Assembly (NCBI GenBank): GCA_029974275.1
Contig: JARKSN010000289.1
Location: forward strand, 1-64,000
DNA: 64,000 nucleotides
DNA from: Candidatus Hydrogenedentota bacterium
Lineage (GTDB): Bacteria; Hydrogenedentota; Hydrogenedentia; Hydrogenedentales; SLHB01
Reading direction: 5' to 3'
How positions within the stretch are numbered: the first letter of the stretch is position 1; each line of letters begins with the position of its first letter. Shown one piece after another: positions 9,241 through 19,050 of this stretch. The notes below the pieces were generated by a model. It was not told the origin of the DNA, ran no database searches, and saw nothing but the letters and a program-made list of their open reading frames with translations. A program made the translations under genes and the position numbers.

Positions 9241-12138
9241 ATGATGTCCAAGCTGTCCTGGAACGAGATTCGCCAGCGGGCAATCCAATTTTCGAACGAA
9301 TGGAAAGACGCCCGCGACGAACGCGCCGAGGCCCAGACTTTCTGGAACGAGTTTTTCGATGTCTTCGGCGTACGGCGACGCACGGTGGCCTCCTTCGAAG
9401 AACCCGTCCGTTCGCTCAAGGATACGTACAATCGCATCGATCTTTTCTGGAAAGGCCGTCTGCTCGCGGAACACAAGAGTGCTGGCGAATCCTTGGACAA
9501 AGCGGAGTCCCAAGCGTTCGATTACCTCCAAAACCTGGCGACTTCCGGAAGAAGTGATGAGATTCCCCGCTATATCGTTCTCAGCGATTTTCAACGGGTA
9601 TGCCTCTATGATCTCGAACCGGATGACCAGCGTGATCTCCCCCTATTCGGCGCCCTGCACTACGAGCGGACAGAGTTTTCGCTGGAGGATTTCTATCGGA
9701 ACGTCAAGCACTTTGCCTTCGTCATAGGGCAAAAGACCCACCATTTCGGTGCGGAAGACCCGGCAAACTTGCAGGCCGCACAAATCATGGCCGACCTGCA
9801 TGACGCGTTTGAGACGGGACAGTACAGCAGCGAACACCTGGAACGATTCCTGGTGCGTTTGCTTTTCTGCCTGTTCGCGGATGACACCGGCATCTTCGAG
9901 ACCGCCCAATTCGAGATGTATATCGAAAACCACACCCGCGAAGACGGCTCGGATCTCGGGACGCAACTGTCCAGCCTTTTCGAGGTGCTCGACACGCCTA
10001 TCGAAAAACGCGCGAAGTATCTCGACGAGGACCTGGCCGCGTTCCCCTATGTCAACGGCCAATTGTTCGCGGACCGACTCCCGCTCGCGGGTTTCAACCG
10101 GGACATGCGCAACCGCCTCCGGGCAGCTTGCCGCTTCGACTGGTCGCGCATATCCCCCGCAATCTTTGGCTCCCTGTTCCAGGGGATTATGGACTCCAAA
10201 GAGCGCCGGCAGATCGGGGCGCATTACACCTCCGAGCGCGACATTCTCAAGCTGGTCAGGCCGTTGTTTCTCGACGCCCTTTGTGCGGAGTTTGCCCAGA
10301 TCAAAGCCGACCGATCAACAAGACGGCGGGCCAGATTGCAGGAGTTTCAGGACAAACTCGCCCGGCTTAAATTTCTCGATCCGGCGTGCGGTTGCGGCAA
10401 CTTTCTTGTGATCGCATACCGCGAACTGCGCCGCCTCGAACTGGAAGTCCTCCAACTGCTCCACAGGCATGCGGAGCTCGATCTCGGCGAGTTGTTCAAA
10501 CTCTCCCGAGTCGATGTAGACCAGTTCTACGGTATCGAGATAGGCGAGTGGCCCGCGCGAATCGCCGAAACCGCCCTTTGGCTGACCGATCACCAGATGA
10601 ACATCGAGCTAAGCCTTGCTTTTGGAAACGTGTTCCAGCGCATCCCTATCAAGGCGGCCCCGCATATTCGCTGTGCCAACGCGCTCCGTTTCGACTGGAA
10701 CGAACTGCTGCCCGCCTCCGAGTGTTCCTATGTCCTGGGGAATCCTCCGTTCGTCGGGGCGAAATTTCAGGACGCAGAGCAGAAAGCCGACACGAAACGT
10801 GTCGCCGGGCATATCGACAATAGCGGCCTGTTGGATTACGTAACGATGTGGTATTTCCGTGCGGCTGAATACATCAAGGGAAATGGAGCCCGTTGCGCGT
10901 TTGTGTCCACCAACTCGATTTCGCAAGGCGAGCAGGTCGGGGTTCTTTGGTCCGGACTATATGCACAGGGCATCAAGATACACTTTGCGCATCGCACGTT
11001 CTCGTGGCAGAGCGAGGCGCGTGGAAAGGCACATGTTCATGTTGTCATTATCGGCTTCGGACTCCACGATGTGCCCGAGAAAGCAATCTTCGAATACGAC
11101 GATATCAACGGAGAACCTTCTGCCGTTTCCGTTTCCAATATCAACCCTTATCTGGTTCAGGGTGGGGACACGGTCGTCACAAACCGCTCGAAGCCGCTCT
11201 GCGACGTACCGGAAATCGGGATCGGGAACAAGCCCATCGACAATGGTCGCTATCTGTTCGACGATGAGGAGAAAAAGGAGTTCTTAAAAAAAGAGCCGGG
11301 AGCGAAGAAATACTTCCGTCCGTGGATTGGATCGGTCGAATTCTTGCATGGCTATCAGCGCTGGTGCTTGTGGCTGGGAGATGCATCCCCAAGCGATCTG
11401 AAGCAACTGCCTGAGTGTCAGAAGCGAATCGCCGAAGTAAAGGCTTTCCGAAAAGCGAGCAAAAGCGTGCCAACGCAGCGGTTGGCAGACACGCCCCGGC
11501 GATTTCACGTCGAGAACTTTCCGATGAAAAAGTTTCTGGTGATCCCCAAGGTATCCTCGGAAAAACGTCATTACATCCCATTGGGACATCTCTCCCCAAA
11601 AACACTCGTTAGCGATTTGTGCTTTATCATGCAAAACGCCACCCTCTTCCACTTCGGTGTACTGACGAGCGCCATGCATATGGCTTGGGTACGTTACGTG
11701 TGTGGGCGCCTGAAATCGGACTATCGCTACTCGGCCAAGCTCGTTTACAACAACTTCCCGTGGCCGGTGAGCGCGACGCCTGCCCAACAAGCCAAGGTCG
11801 AGCAATGCGCGCAGCAGGTCTTGACCGTTCGACAAGGCTATCTCGACGGCGGGCAGTGCCTGGCCGATCTCTACGATCCTCTTTACATACCCAGTGCCTT
11901 GCTCAAGGCGCACAAGGCCCTTGACCGCGCCGTGGACCGGTGTTACGGGAGTAGCGAGTTTCATCATGACCGCGAACGCGTCGAGTTCCTCTTCACCCTT
12001 TACGAAAGTCTGACCACGCCGCTTGCTGCAACGACAACCGTACCCCGTAATAGGGGCGGAGAAGGGGCCGGAGGCAGGCGTTCAAAACGTGACGCAAGGT
12101 CTGTCTCGCAACAGTCAGAGCAGCCCTACCTTTTCTGA
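9241..12138 (+). CDS. MmeI-family Type IIL restriction-modification enzyme (endonuclease + m6A MTase + TRD)
   Basis: N-terminal QTFWNEFF..RIDLFW..AEHKS (PD-D/ExK); GAHYT; LDPACGCGNF (motif I); GNPPF (motif IV); GRLKSDYRYS..YNNFPWP. Confidence 0.93.
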   Translation: MMSKLSWNEIRQRAIQFSNEWKDARDERAEAQTFWNEFFDVFGVRRRTVASFEEPVRSLKDTYNRIDLFWKGRLLAEHKSAGESLDKAESQAFDYLQNLATSGRSDEIPRYIVLSDFQRVCLYDLEPDDQRDLPLFGALHYERTEFSLEDFYRNVKHFAFVIGQKTHHFGAEDPANLQAAQIMADLHDAFETGQYSSEHLERFLVRLLFCLFADDTGIFETAQFEMYIENHTREDGSDLGTQLSSLFEVLDTPIEKRAKYLDEDLAAFPYVNGQLFADRLPLAGFNRDMRNRLRAACRFDWSRISPAIFGSLFQGIMDSKERRQIGAHYTSERDILKLVRPLFLDALCAEFAQIKADRSTRRRARLQEFQDKLARLKFLDPACGCGNFLVIAYRELRRLELEVLQLLHRHAELDLGELFKLSRVDVDQFYGIEIGEWPARIAETALWLTDHQMNIELSLAFGNVFQRIPIKAAPHIRCANALRFDWNELLPASECSYVLGNPPFVGAKFQDAEQKADTKRVAGHIDNSGLLDYVTMWYFRAAEYIKGNGARCAFVSTNSISQGEQVGVLWSGLYAQGIKIHFAHRTFSWQSEARGKAHVHVVIIGFGLHDVPEKAIFEYDDINGEPSAVSVSNINPYLVQGGDTVVTNRSKPLCDVPEIGIGNKPIDNGRYLFDDEEKKEFLKKEPGAKKYFRPWIGSVEFLHGYQRWCLWLGDASPSDLKQLPECQKRIAEVKAFRKASKSVPTQRLADTPRRFHVENFPMKKFLVIPKVSSEKRHYIPLGHLSPKTLVSDLCFIMQNATLFHFGVLTSAMHMAWVRYVCGRLKSDYRYSAKLVYNNFPWPVSATPAQQAKVEQCAQQVLTVRQGYLDGGQCLADLYDPLYIPSALLKAHKALDRAVDRCYGSSEFHHDRERVEFLFTLYESLTTPLAATTTVPRNRGGEGAGGRRSKRDARSVSQQSEQPYLF

Positions 12139-12370
12139 GCGTTCCCTGGTCGAGGCATTCCGATTTCCAGACTTTGGTGTGTTGACCGAATGCAACAGCG
12201 GGTAGATATGAAATTGCTCTTAATGGGCAACGTCCGCTGCAACGGACCAACCGGACTATGGAGACGTCGCACTACCACGGCCAAGACCCAGCGTTTGCGG
12301 AGGGAGTCGGCATGCTTGCGCGCTTGGAGCGGGGACGAAGGGCAATGTCGTCATGCCGATGTCGGTCCAC

Positions 12371-13504
12371 TTACTCCGAGGAAGGCGCGCCGGACGGGGG
12401 CGTTTCCCCTTTTTGCGCGGCATCCAGCCATTGCTGCCAAAGAGCGGGAGAATGGCCATACGACAGTCCCGTGATGCGAGCGAGCGCTTCCATGGCCGCC
12501 TCGCCAACGGGATAGGGGACAGCCGCCATGGAAACAAGCAACGAAACGGCGCGGCGATCTCCCATGCTGCCGAGGACGTGGAGCGTTTGCGCGCAGAACT
12601 CGGGATCGGTCAGCCTCGCGGCGGTGGCGGTTTCCATCAAAAGCGCCAACGCCTTGTCTCCGCCGATGCGGCCAAGACCTTGCACCGCGCACCAGCGGTT
12701 CGCTCGCAGCGGGTGTTTCACGAGTTCCTGCACATACGGAAGCGCCGTTCCCTGACCGGAAGCGGCCAAGGCTTGCCCGCACGCGGCGGCAAGCGCTTCA
12801 TCCCCCTCCCAAGCCGCCTTTCCGATCGCCTCGATGGCGGCCGGAACGCCGCTCCGTCCTAGGCAATAGGCCGCCCATTGACGCCGGTGCGACGGTTCGC
12901 TGCGATCCGCCAGCGCCGTGGCCAGGGGCGTCATCCATACGTTGCCCATGCGCGACACGATATCGTCCGACCGCGCAACGACTTCTGGAGAGAAAGAAGA
13001 CAACAAGTCCAAAAAAGTTTCCGGCATGGGGGCATCCTGGGAGGTGGTTAGCAGCGATAATGCCATCGTTGCGACCCGCGTGTCGGCATCGAACAACGCG
13101 GCCAAAAGATATCGCTGCCTGTCGGGATGCGGCGATAAGGCCAGACCCGCCACGGCATGCAGCCTCTCCTCAGCAGAAGGCGATGCGAACATGCCGTACA
13201 ATAGCGTATCGGACGAAGAAGGTTCCGAAGAAGCGGCCTGCGGCTCCGAAACGGGGGAAGCAGGCGGGGAGGAAGGGGCGGAACGCGTCTCCGGTTTTCC
13301 AGGAATACGGAAAAACCGCATGGCCCAATGGGAGTTGGAGGGTGGAGGAGATGGCGCTAAGGAATGGGGAGAAGGTAATGGAACATGATTTAATGACTGG
13401 GCTTGCACGGCATGGACATCATGCAGGGATGCGGAAGAAGCCATGTAAAAAGCGCAAAAAATAATAAAGGCAGCGAGAAAAACAAAAAACCTTTTCATAC
13501 GCAT
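12371..13504 (-). CDS. Membrane-anchored or exported HEAT-repeat protein with Pro/Ser-rich linker
   Basis: MRMKRFFVFLAAF hydrophobic N-terminus; repeats such as RQWAAYCLGRSG, RWCAVQGLGRIG, EAAMEALARITG; start 13504 or 13498. Confidence 0.7.
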   Translation of the reverse strand: MRMKRFFVFLAAFIIFCAFYMASSASLHDVHAVQAQSLNHVPLPSPHSLAPSPPPSNSHWAMRFFRIPGKPETRSAPSSPPASPVSEPQAASSEPSSSDTLLYGMFASPSAEERLHAVAGLALSPHPDRQRYLLAALFDADTRVATMALSLLTTSQDAPMPETFLDLLSSFSPEVVARSDDIVSRMGNVWMTPLATALADRSEPSHRRQWAAYCLGRSGVPAAIEAIGKAAWEGDEALAAACGQALAASGQGTALPYVQELVKHPLRANRWCAVQGLGRIGGDKALALLMETATAARLTDPEFCAQTLHVLGSMGDRRAVSLLVSMAAVPYPVGEAAMEALARITGLSYGHSPALWQQWLDAAQKGETPPSGAPSSE

Positions 13505-13895
13505 GCGTCGAAGCTCCACTATGCCATGCCGACACGAAATGTTGGCTGTTTTTGGAACAAAAATCAAGAGAAGGAAGCCATGCAGGGCGTGGGATCCGAA
13601 AAGATTCCAGGTGATTTGGAAATAACGGCGGTCGCATGGCATGTTTCAACAATGGCCGTGAGCTTAGCCCTTCCCCCAGGCGCTACTCATGGTCTCAGTC
13701 AGCAATGACTGGTTCCCACCACCGGCGAGTGCAGGAAAGGCAGTTCCCCCGCTGCCAAGCACTCGCCCCTTCTTTTTGTTTCGGGCTGTGCCGCTCTCGG
13801 GTTGAGCCAGCAAGGCGATTCGTGCGATTGCTTTTTTCGGGGCGAACGTGCAACCATGATGGCCTCGCATGACATACGCGACGGGAGGAGGCTGC

Positions 13896-14495
13896 ATGCG
13901 CACGGCGATCTGGACGTTCTGTCTTGTCCTGTGTCTGATTCTTCCGGTTGAAGCGACCATCCAAGAACCATCGACCGGCGTTGAATTTCCCGATAGCATC
14001 GCCATTGGCGACGTCAAGGCGGCCTGCACGGGCGTCGATCTGCGCACCAAGTTTTTTTTCAAGATTTACGCCATCGCGCACTACGCCGACGCCTTCGCGT
14101 GGCCCTCGAACGAAGGCGCCTCGGAGCGGCTTCAGCATTGGCGCCATGCGAACGTCGCAAAGGCGTTTGTTCTCACCTTCACCTATCCTGTGCCCTGTGA
14201 CAAAATTCGCGACGCTTGGGACGATGGCCTCAACAATGCCAACTACCAAGGGTCCCATCGTGCCGCCCTTCTGGCCATTTTCAAGGACGATCTTAAGGTG
14301 GGCGACCAGCTTCGGTTTATCGCGCAGCCTGGCGGCGCGCTTTCGGTGGAACAAAACGGAAAATCCATTGGCTCCATAAACGATTCTGATTTGGTGATCG
14401 CCTTGTGGTCTATCTGGATGGGAGAAAAATCCGTCGCGGCGGTCAAGGAGAATCTTGTCGCGCGCGATCCGGGACAGGGCAAGTCGGGGCCATAA
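13896..14495 (+). CDS. Exported chalcone-isomerase-like (fatty-acid-binding) protein
   Basis: SD GGAGG; signal peptide; EPSTGVEFP, GVDLRTKFFFKIYAIAHY, ALWSIWMGEKSV. Confidence 0.8.
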   Translation: MRTAIWTFCLVLCLILPVEATIQEPSTGVEFPDSIAIGDVKAACTGVDLRTKFFFKIYAIAHYADAFAWPSNEGASERLQHWRHANVAKAFVLTFTYPVPCDKIRDAWDDGLNNANYQGSHRAALLAIFKDDLKVGDQLRFIAQPGGALSVEQNGKSIGSINDSDLVIALWSIWMGEKSVAAVKENLVARDPGQGKSGP

Positions 14496-14828
14496 TTCGG
14501 GTTGGGGTCGGGGAACTTAGGGGAACGCCGAGGGGCGTCTGGGGCGGCTCCGCCACCCTGATCGTTGTTTCTCCGGAATGACAAATTGTGCGCCGCGTCG
14601 CCATTGAGGATATGTTTTCGTCGATGTCTTTGGGGGTAGCGCCCTGTCTCGTCCAGGGGCGTGGAAGACAATGTCTGTACAGTAGCCAATACAAACTATG
14701 TAAAGTGCGCTATACTACTTTCCCCACGTCTCCTCACCCCAATTTTCCTTCATTACGCGCGACTGCGGCGGATTTTTTATTGATAAAAACGATAAAAATA
14801 ATATTTATACAAATTTACATCGTCTCGC

Positions 14829-14857
14829 TTGACTTTTTGTTGTCATTTCGGTATTAT
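14829..14857 (+). promoter_or_regulatory. Near-consensus sigma70 promoter with AT-rich UP-like region
   Basis: TTGACT-17 nt-TATTAT, preceded by an AT-rich tract at about 14772-14820. Confidence 0.7.
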
Positions 14858-15068
14858 CCCACGTTCGTTTATGAGAAGCCGGTTGCTTTTTGTCGTTTTG
14901 TTCGAGAACGCTGGTCTGCGTTTCTCCGGAAACGGAGCGTGCGACGCCTGAGCAGGGCGTGTAAGGTCTTGGCATGGGGTATCGTACGACTGCGGCAAGA
15001 CGAGCGTTCCAGAGGTGTAAGGCGAGATAGACCGGGTCTGGCGACCCAATCAAGGAATGGAGAGTGCA

Positions 15069-16046
15069 ATGTTGCGGATTTCAGTGGCCTTGAGCGTATT
15101 CGGAGGGTCTCCTGACCGGTACTGCTCACAGGGTTACCGGGACCCATTGCGGGTGCAGGAGCGTATTACGGCGATTTCGAAGATCAAAGGGGTTAAGGCG
15201 ATTGAGGTTGCCCAAAACGACGTCTCTTCGGAGTTTCCGGTCAAGGAACTCAAGCGAGTCTTGAAAGATTATAATTTGTTGGTGTCGAGCGTGGCGGCGA
15301 ATCTGGCCCATGACAGACGTTTTGCCCTGGGCGCTTTTGGACATCAGCACCCGAAGACGCGCAATGCGGCGATTGACGAGGGGCGCAAGGCGGTGGATTT
15401 GGCCCGGCAACTGGGCACGACGGAAGTCACGTTGCGCCTATATAGCGATGGTTTCGATTATCCTTTTCATGTGGACTACGCCACGCAATGGAACACCGTT
15501 ATCAGTTCCATCAAGACGATCGCCAAGTACGCCTCGCCGGACATCAATGTGGCGATTTCGTACAAGAACCGTGAACCGCGCAAGTTTTTGACGATAGCGA
15601 CGGTTGGCAAAGCGCTCTCGTTGTGTCAGGAAATTGCGATGAAGAACGTGGGCGTGGCCATGAATTTCTCGCATGCCATGATGGCGGGCGAGACCCCTGC
15701 GGAATCGGTTGCCTTCCTGTCCCGCGCCAACAAATTGTTCCATGCCTATTTCAGCGATTGCTATGGTCTTTGGGACGACATGCTGGTGCCCGGTTCGGTC
15801 CATATGTGGGAGCTGATGGAGACCTTGTTCTATCTCAAGGCGGCCAAATATAAGGGTTACTACATCCTCGACATGCTGCCCGAGCGCCTGGATCCCTCCC
15901 AGGCGTGTCAAATCGCCATCGGCAATCTATCCATCTTCTGGAAGAAGCTTGAGAAACTAGACATTACGGAAATCCGGAAAGCCCAGAAGACGTTGGACGC
16001 CGTCGAGAGTCAAAAGATCATTCGCCGCGTCATGCTTCAGAGCTGA
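15069..16046 (+). CDS. Xylose-isomerase-like TIM-barrel (sugar isomerase/epimerase family) protein with degenerate metal ligands
   Basis: DRY..GY, DGFDYPFHVDY, YK.REPR, TVGKAL, HAMMAGETPAES, WDD..VPGSVH; SD GGAG; alternative start 15057. Confidence 0.8.
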   Translation: MLRISVALSVFGGSPDRYCSQGYRDPLRVQERITAISKIKGVKAIEVAQNDVSSEFPVKELKRVLKDYNLLVSSVAANLAHDRRFALGAFGHQHPKTRNAAIDEGRKAVDLARQLGTTEVTLRLYSDGFDYPFHVDYATQWNTVISSIKTIAKYASPDINVAISYKNREPRKFLTIATVGKALSLCQEIAMKNVGVAMNFSHAMMAGETPAESVAFLSRANKLFHAYFSDCYGLWDDMLVPGSVHMWELMETLFYLKAAKYKGYYILDMLPERLDPSQACQIAIGNLSIFWKKLEKLDITEIRKAQKTLDAVESQKIIRRVMLQS

Positions 16047-17068
16047 TGCCAATGCCTTCCTTGATGCGCAATGTTGCTCTGGCGGCGACGCTAGGGGCAT
16101 GTTGCGCCGCGACGTGGGCGCGGGGGGATTTTTCCGCAGCGCGCATAAAGGCCGAGGAGTTTTTCGCCGAGCGGAAAGCCGTGGCCGATGCGATGGCGGC
16201 GGGAGATGAGTCGGCGTACAGATCCCATGCGTCTGCGGCCGAGAAAGCCTCAAAGGACGCCTTGCTGTTGTTCGAGCAAGAAGGCATCGGGACAGCGAAG
16301 GATGGGGCGATCCTCTTGCTGTACGCGCGCGTGCTCCATCAAACCGGCGATTACGATCTCGAGGCGAAGGCGTGGGAGCGCGTTGTATCGGTAAAGCCGG
16401 ATGACGGCGAATCGTGGCTGGCGCTGGCCCGCGCCTATGAAGCGCTGGGGCCGCGGCATGGAGACAAAGTTCGCGGCGCCTTGAAGCATGCGGAAAAGGC
16501 GGCGGGGAGCGCCTCGGCGCAGGCGTCCGTATGGGAGATGAAGGGGCGGTTGTTGCAGCGCGAGGGCTTGTACGAGTTGGCGCGGCGTGATTATGAAAAG
16601 GCTGTGCAACTCGATGCGGACGCTCCGTTGCCGCAGTTGGGACTTGTGTCGTTGAACATTCGCGAGGGACGCATGGCGGAAGCGTGGGATCGCTTCGAAA
16701 AGATAGCGTCGTCTCCCGAGATTGCGGAGGAAGCAGGACCGGCCGTCGAGCGCGCCCTGTTTGATTTTGATCATTCGCGCCGTTGGATCGCCGACACGCC
16801 TGCCGATCATGCGGCCTACGGAAAATTCCTGTTGCAGGCTGGGCGCGCCGCCGAGGCCCTGGCCCCCATCAAACGCGTTGCGATGCTTGCGCCCGATGAT
16901 TACCTCAATTGGAACTTGCTCGGATCCGTAGCGCAGCGTCTTGGGGACAAGGACCTGGCGCGGCAGGCCTTCGAGAAGTCGCTTGCATTGCGGCCCGATC
17001 AGCCCCGAACGGAGGAGGCGTTGCATGGGATCGACGCGTCCGGGGACAAGCCCGTCCGCTCTCGGTGA
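16046..17068 (+). CDS. Exported TPR-repeat protein
   Basis: Signal peptide; several TPR-like repeats (WLALARAYEALG, WNLLGSVAQRLG..AFEKSLALRP); start overlaps the upstream stop. Confidence 0.75.
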   Translation: MPMPSLMRNVALAATLGACCAATWARGDFSAARIKAEEFFAERKAVADAMAAGDESAYRSHASAAEKASKDALLLFEQEGIGTAKDGAILLLYARVLHQTGDYDLEAKAWERVVSVKPDDGESWLALARAYEALGPRHGDKVRGALKHAEKAAGSASAQASVWEMKGRLLQREGLYELARRDYEKAVQLDADAPLPQLGLVSLNIREGRMAEAWDRFEKIASSPEIAEEAGPAVERALFDFDHSRRWIADTPADHAAYGKFLLQAGRAAEALAPIKRVAMLAPDDYLNWNLLGSVAQRLGDKDLARQAFEKSLALRPDQPRTEEALHGIDASGDKPVRSR

Positions 17069-17172
17069 AGCCCAGAGCATTTTCGTTAATTATGCCTACG
17101 CCATGTACGATCAAGAAACCTTGGCGAAAATGATCTCACAAGACTGACCGTAGGCAAAAAAGTCAAACTGCT

Positions 17173-18273
17173 TTAGCCGGAAAGGGGGGCGTGGGGGCGT
17201 TTCCATGTGCGATAGAGCGACGCGCTGATGGCGACGAGGGTCAGGGGGAATGCGATGAACAGCACGGCGTGGCTGAGATGTGAAAGCGCCCAATGGTTTG
17301 TCGCCGTGAGCACGATGTATCCGACGTATGTCAGATAATATGAGAAGAAAAGCGTTCCTTCCCAGCGGGCGATCATGTGCCCCGTGAAAAATAGAGGCAG
17401 GCACGCCGTCATGACCGCTATCATGATGGGAATGTCGAGACGCCATGCGGCGTAGGGGACCTCGATGCCTTGGGGCGCGACCAAGGACGAAAGTCCAAGC
17501 ACCGACAAAATGTTGAAGATGTTGCTGCCGACGATGTTGCCGACGGCGATGTCGCGTTCGCCGCGGATGCTTGCGACGATGGAGGTGGCGATTTCCGGAA
17601 GCGACGTGCCGATCGCCACGATGGTCAACCCGATGATCAGTTCGCTGACGCCAAAATGGCGCGCCATCGCCACGGCCCCATCCACGAGCCAGTCCGAGCC
17701 GATCACCAGCGTGCCAATCCCTAGAAGCGTCAGGGCTATATCCCACAGAACGCCGAACTTTCTGGATGGTTTCTCCAACGTGGCCACGTGATCGGAGAAT
17801 TCGTCTTGAACCGTTTGGTTTTCCCGGCGGCTCTGCCAGATGGAGTAGACGGTGTACGCGATCGCGCAGGCGAAGAGGAGCAGCCCGTCCCATCGGCCCA
17901 GCGCGCCGTCCCACCCGAGCAGCCATAGCGCGGCGGATGCCGCAATCATGATAGGCACGTCGACCCAGATCAATTTCATCGCCACAGTCATGGGAGTGAT
18001 CATGGCGCATAGCCCCAAAATGAGCAGGACGTTGCAGATGTTGCTGCCCACTACGTTGCCGACGGCGAGAGGGGCTTGCCCGAGGAAAGCGGCGCGCACA
18101 CTGACCGCGAGTTCCGGAGCGCTCGTGCCATAGGCCACTACTGTCAGACCCACGACCAGGGGAGAGATGCCCCAATGCAATGCAAGCCGGGACGCGCCCC
18201 GCACGAGGGCCTCTGCCCCGCCAACCAACAACGCCAGCCCCAGCGCGAAAAAGGCGAGGGTGAGTGCGCTCAT
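17173..18273 (-). CDS. yrbG: Ca2+/Na+ antiporter (CaCA/YrbG family)
   Basis: Two alpha repeats GTSAPE..GNVVGSNICN and GTSLPE..GNIVGSNIFN. Confidence 0.9.
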   Translation of the reverse strand: MSALTLAFFALGLALLVGGAEALVRGASRLALHWGISPLVVGLTVVAYGTSAPELAVSVRAAFLGQAPLAVGNVVGSNICNVLLILGLCAMITPMTVAMKLIWVDVPIMIAASAALWLLGWDGALGRWDGLLLFACAIAYTVYSIWQSRRENQTVQDEFSDHVATLEKPSRKFGVLWDIALTLLGIGTLVIGSDWLVDGAVAMARHFGVSELIIGLTIVAIGTSLPEIATSIVASIRGERDIAVGNIVGSNIFNILSVLGLSSLVAPQGIEVPYAAWRLDIPIMIAVMTACLPLFFTGHMIARWEGTLFFSYYLTYVGYIVLTATNHWALSHLSHAVLFIAFPLTLVAISASLYRTWKRPHAPLSG

Positions 18274-18358
18274 AAAGGATAGTCTCCTGAATCTTGGGGA
18301 AGCATTGTATCGAATCCGTCGCAGAGGAGGCAAGGAAAGGGTGACCCAAGGGGGATGG

Positions 18359-19015
18359 TCACGTTGCGGCGAAAACGGCGCGGAAAGATCGATCGAACTG
18401 GCAAGCGATCTCGTCTAGGGAGGGAGGAGAGGGGACGAGTTGGGCGAGGGAGGTCACGGGTTTGTTGGCGATGCCGCAGGGAACGATAAGGCTGAAATGC
18501 TCCATGTCGGGCGCGACGTTCAACGCGACGCCATGGTACGTCACTCCGTGGCGCAGACCTACGCCTATGGCCGCCACCTTCGCGCCGCGCACCCACACGC
18601 CGGTCAGTCCGTCGACGCGTTCTCCGGGGAGTTCGTAGGCGGCGAGAAGGCGTATCATGACTGCTTCGAGCGCGCGGAGATAACCGCGAATGGAGAGCCT
18701 CCATTCGTTCAACTGGAGCACGGGATATGCGACCAGTTGTCCCGGGCCATGATAGGTGACGTCGCCGCCGCGATCGGCTATATGCACTTCGATGCCGCGC
18801 GCGGCGTATTCCTCTTCCGACAGGAGCAGGTTCGAGGCATGCGCATTTCTGCCGAGCGTAATCACAGGAGCGTGTTCGAGCAGAAACAACGCGTTCGCAG
18901 CCAGTCCCGCCTCGACCGCTGCGCGCCGTTCGGTCATGGCGGCATACGCGTCTGCATACCGCACTTGGCCGGGAAGATGGATTGTCTCGATCGCGCCATT
19001 CACGGCAAAGCCCAT
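18359..19015 (-). CDS. lipB: Octanoyltransferase LipB
   Basis: LLEHAPVITLG, DRGGDVTYHGPGQLVAYP, KVAAIG, HGVALN, IVPCG. Confidence 0.95.
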   Translation of the reverse strand: MGFAVNGAIETIHLPGQVRYADAYAAMTERRAAVEAGLAANALFLLEHAPVITLGRNAHASNLLLSEEEYAARGIEVHIADRGGDVTYHGPGQLVAYPVLQLNEWRLSIRGYLRALEAVMIRLLAAYELPGERVDGLTGVWVRGAKVAAIGVGLRHGVTYHGVALNVAPDMEHFSLIVPCGIANKPVTSLAQLVPSPPSLDEIACQFDRSFRAVFAAT

Positions 19016-19050
19016 TCGTAGACCGTTGTTTGCGCCGGGCGTAAGACGCG

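Noticed and set aside
17173..18273. Functional calcium module linking the Ca/Na antiporter with the EF-hand and FG-GAP proteins
   Set aside because: The genes lie more than 10 kb apart in unrelated transcription units, with no evidence of linkage
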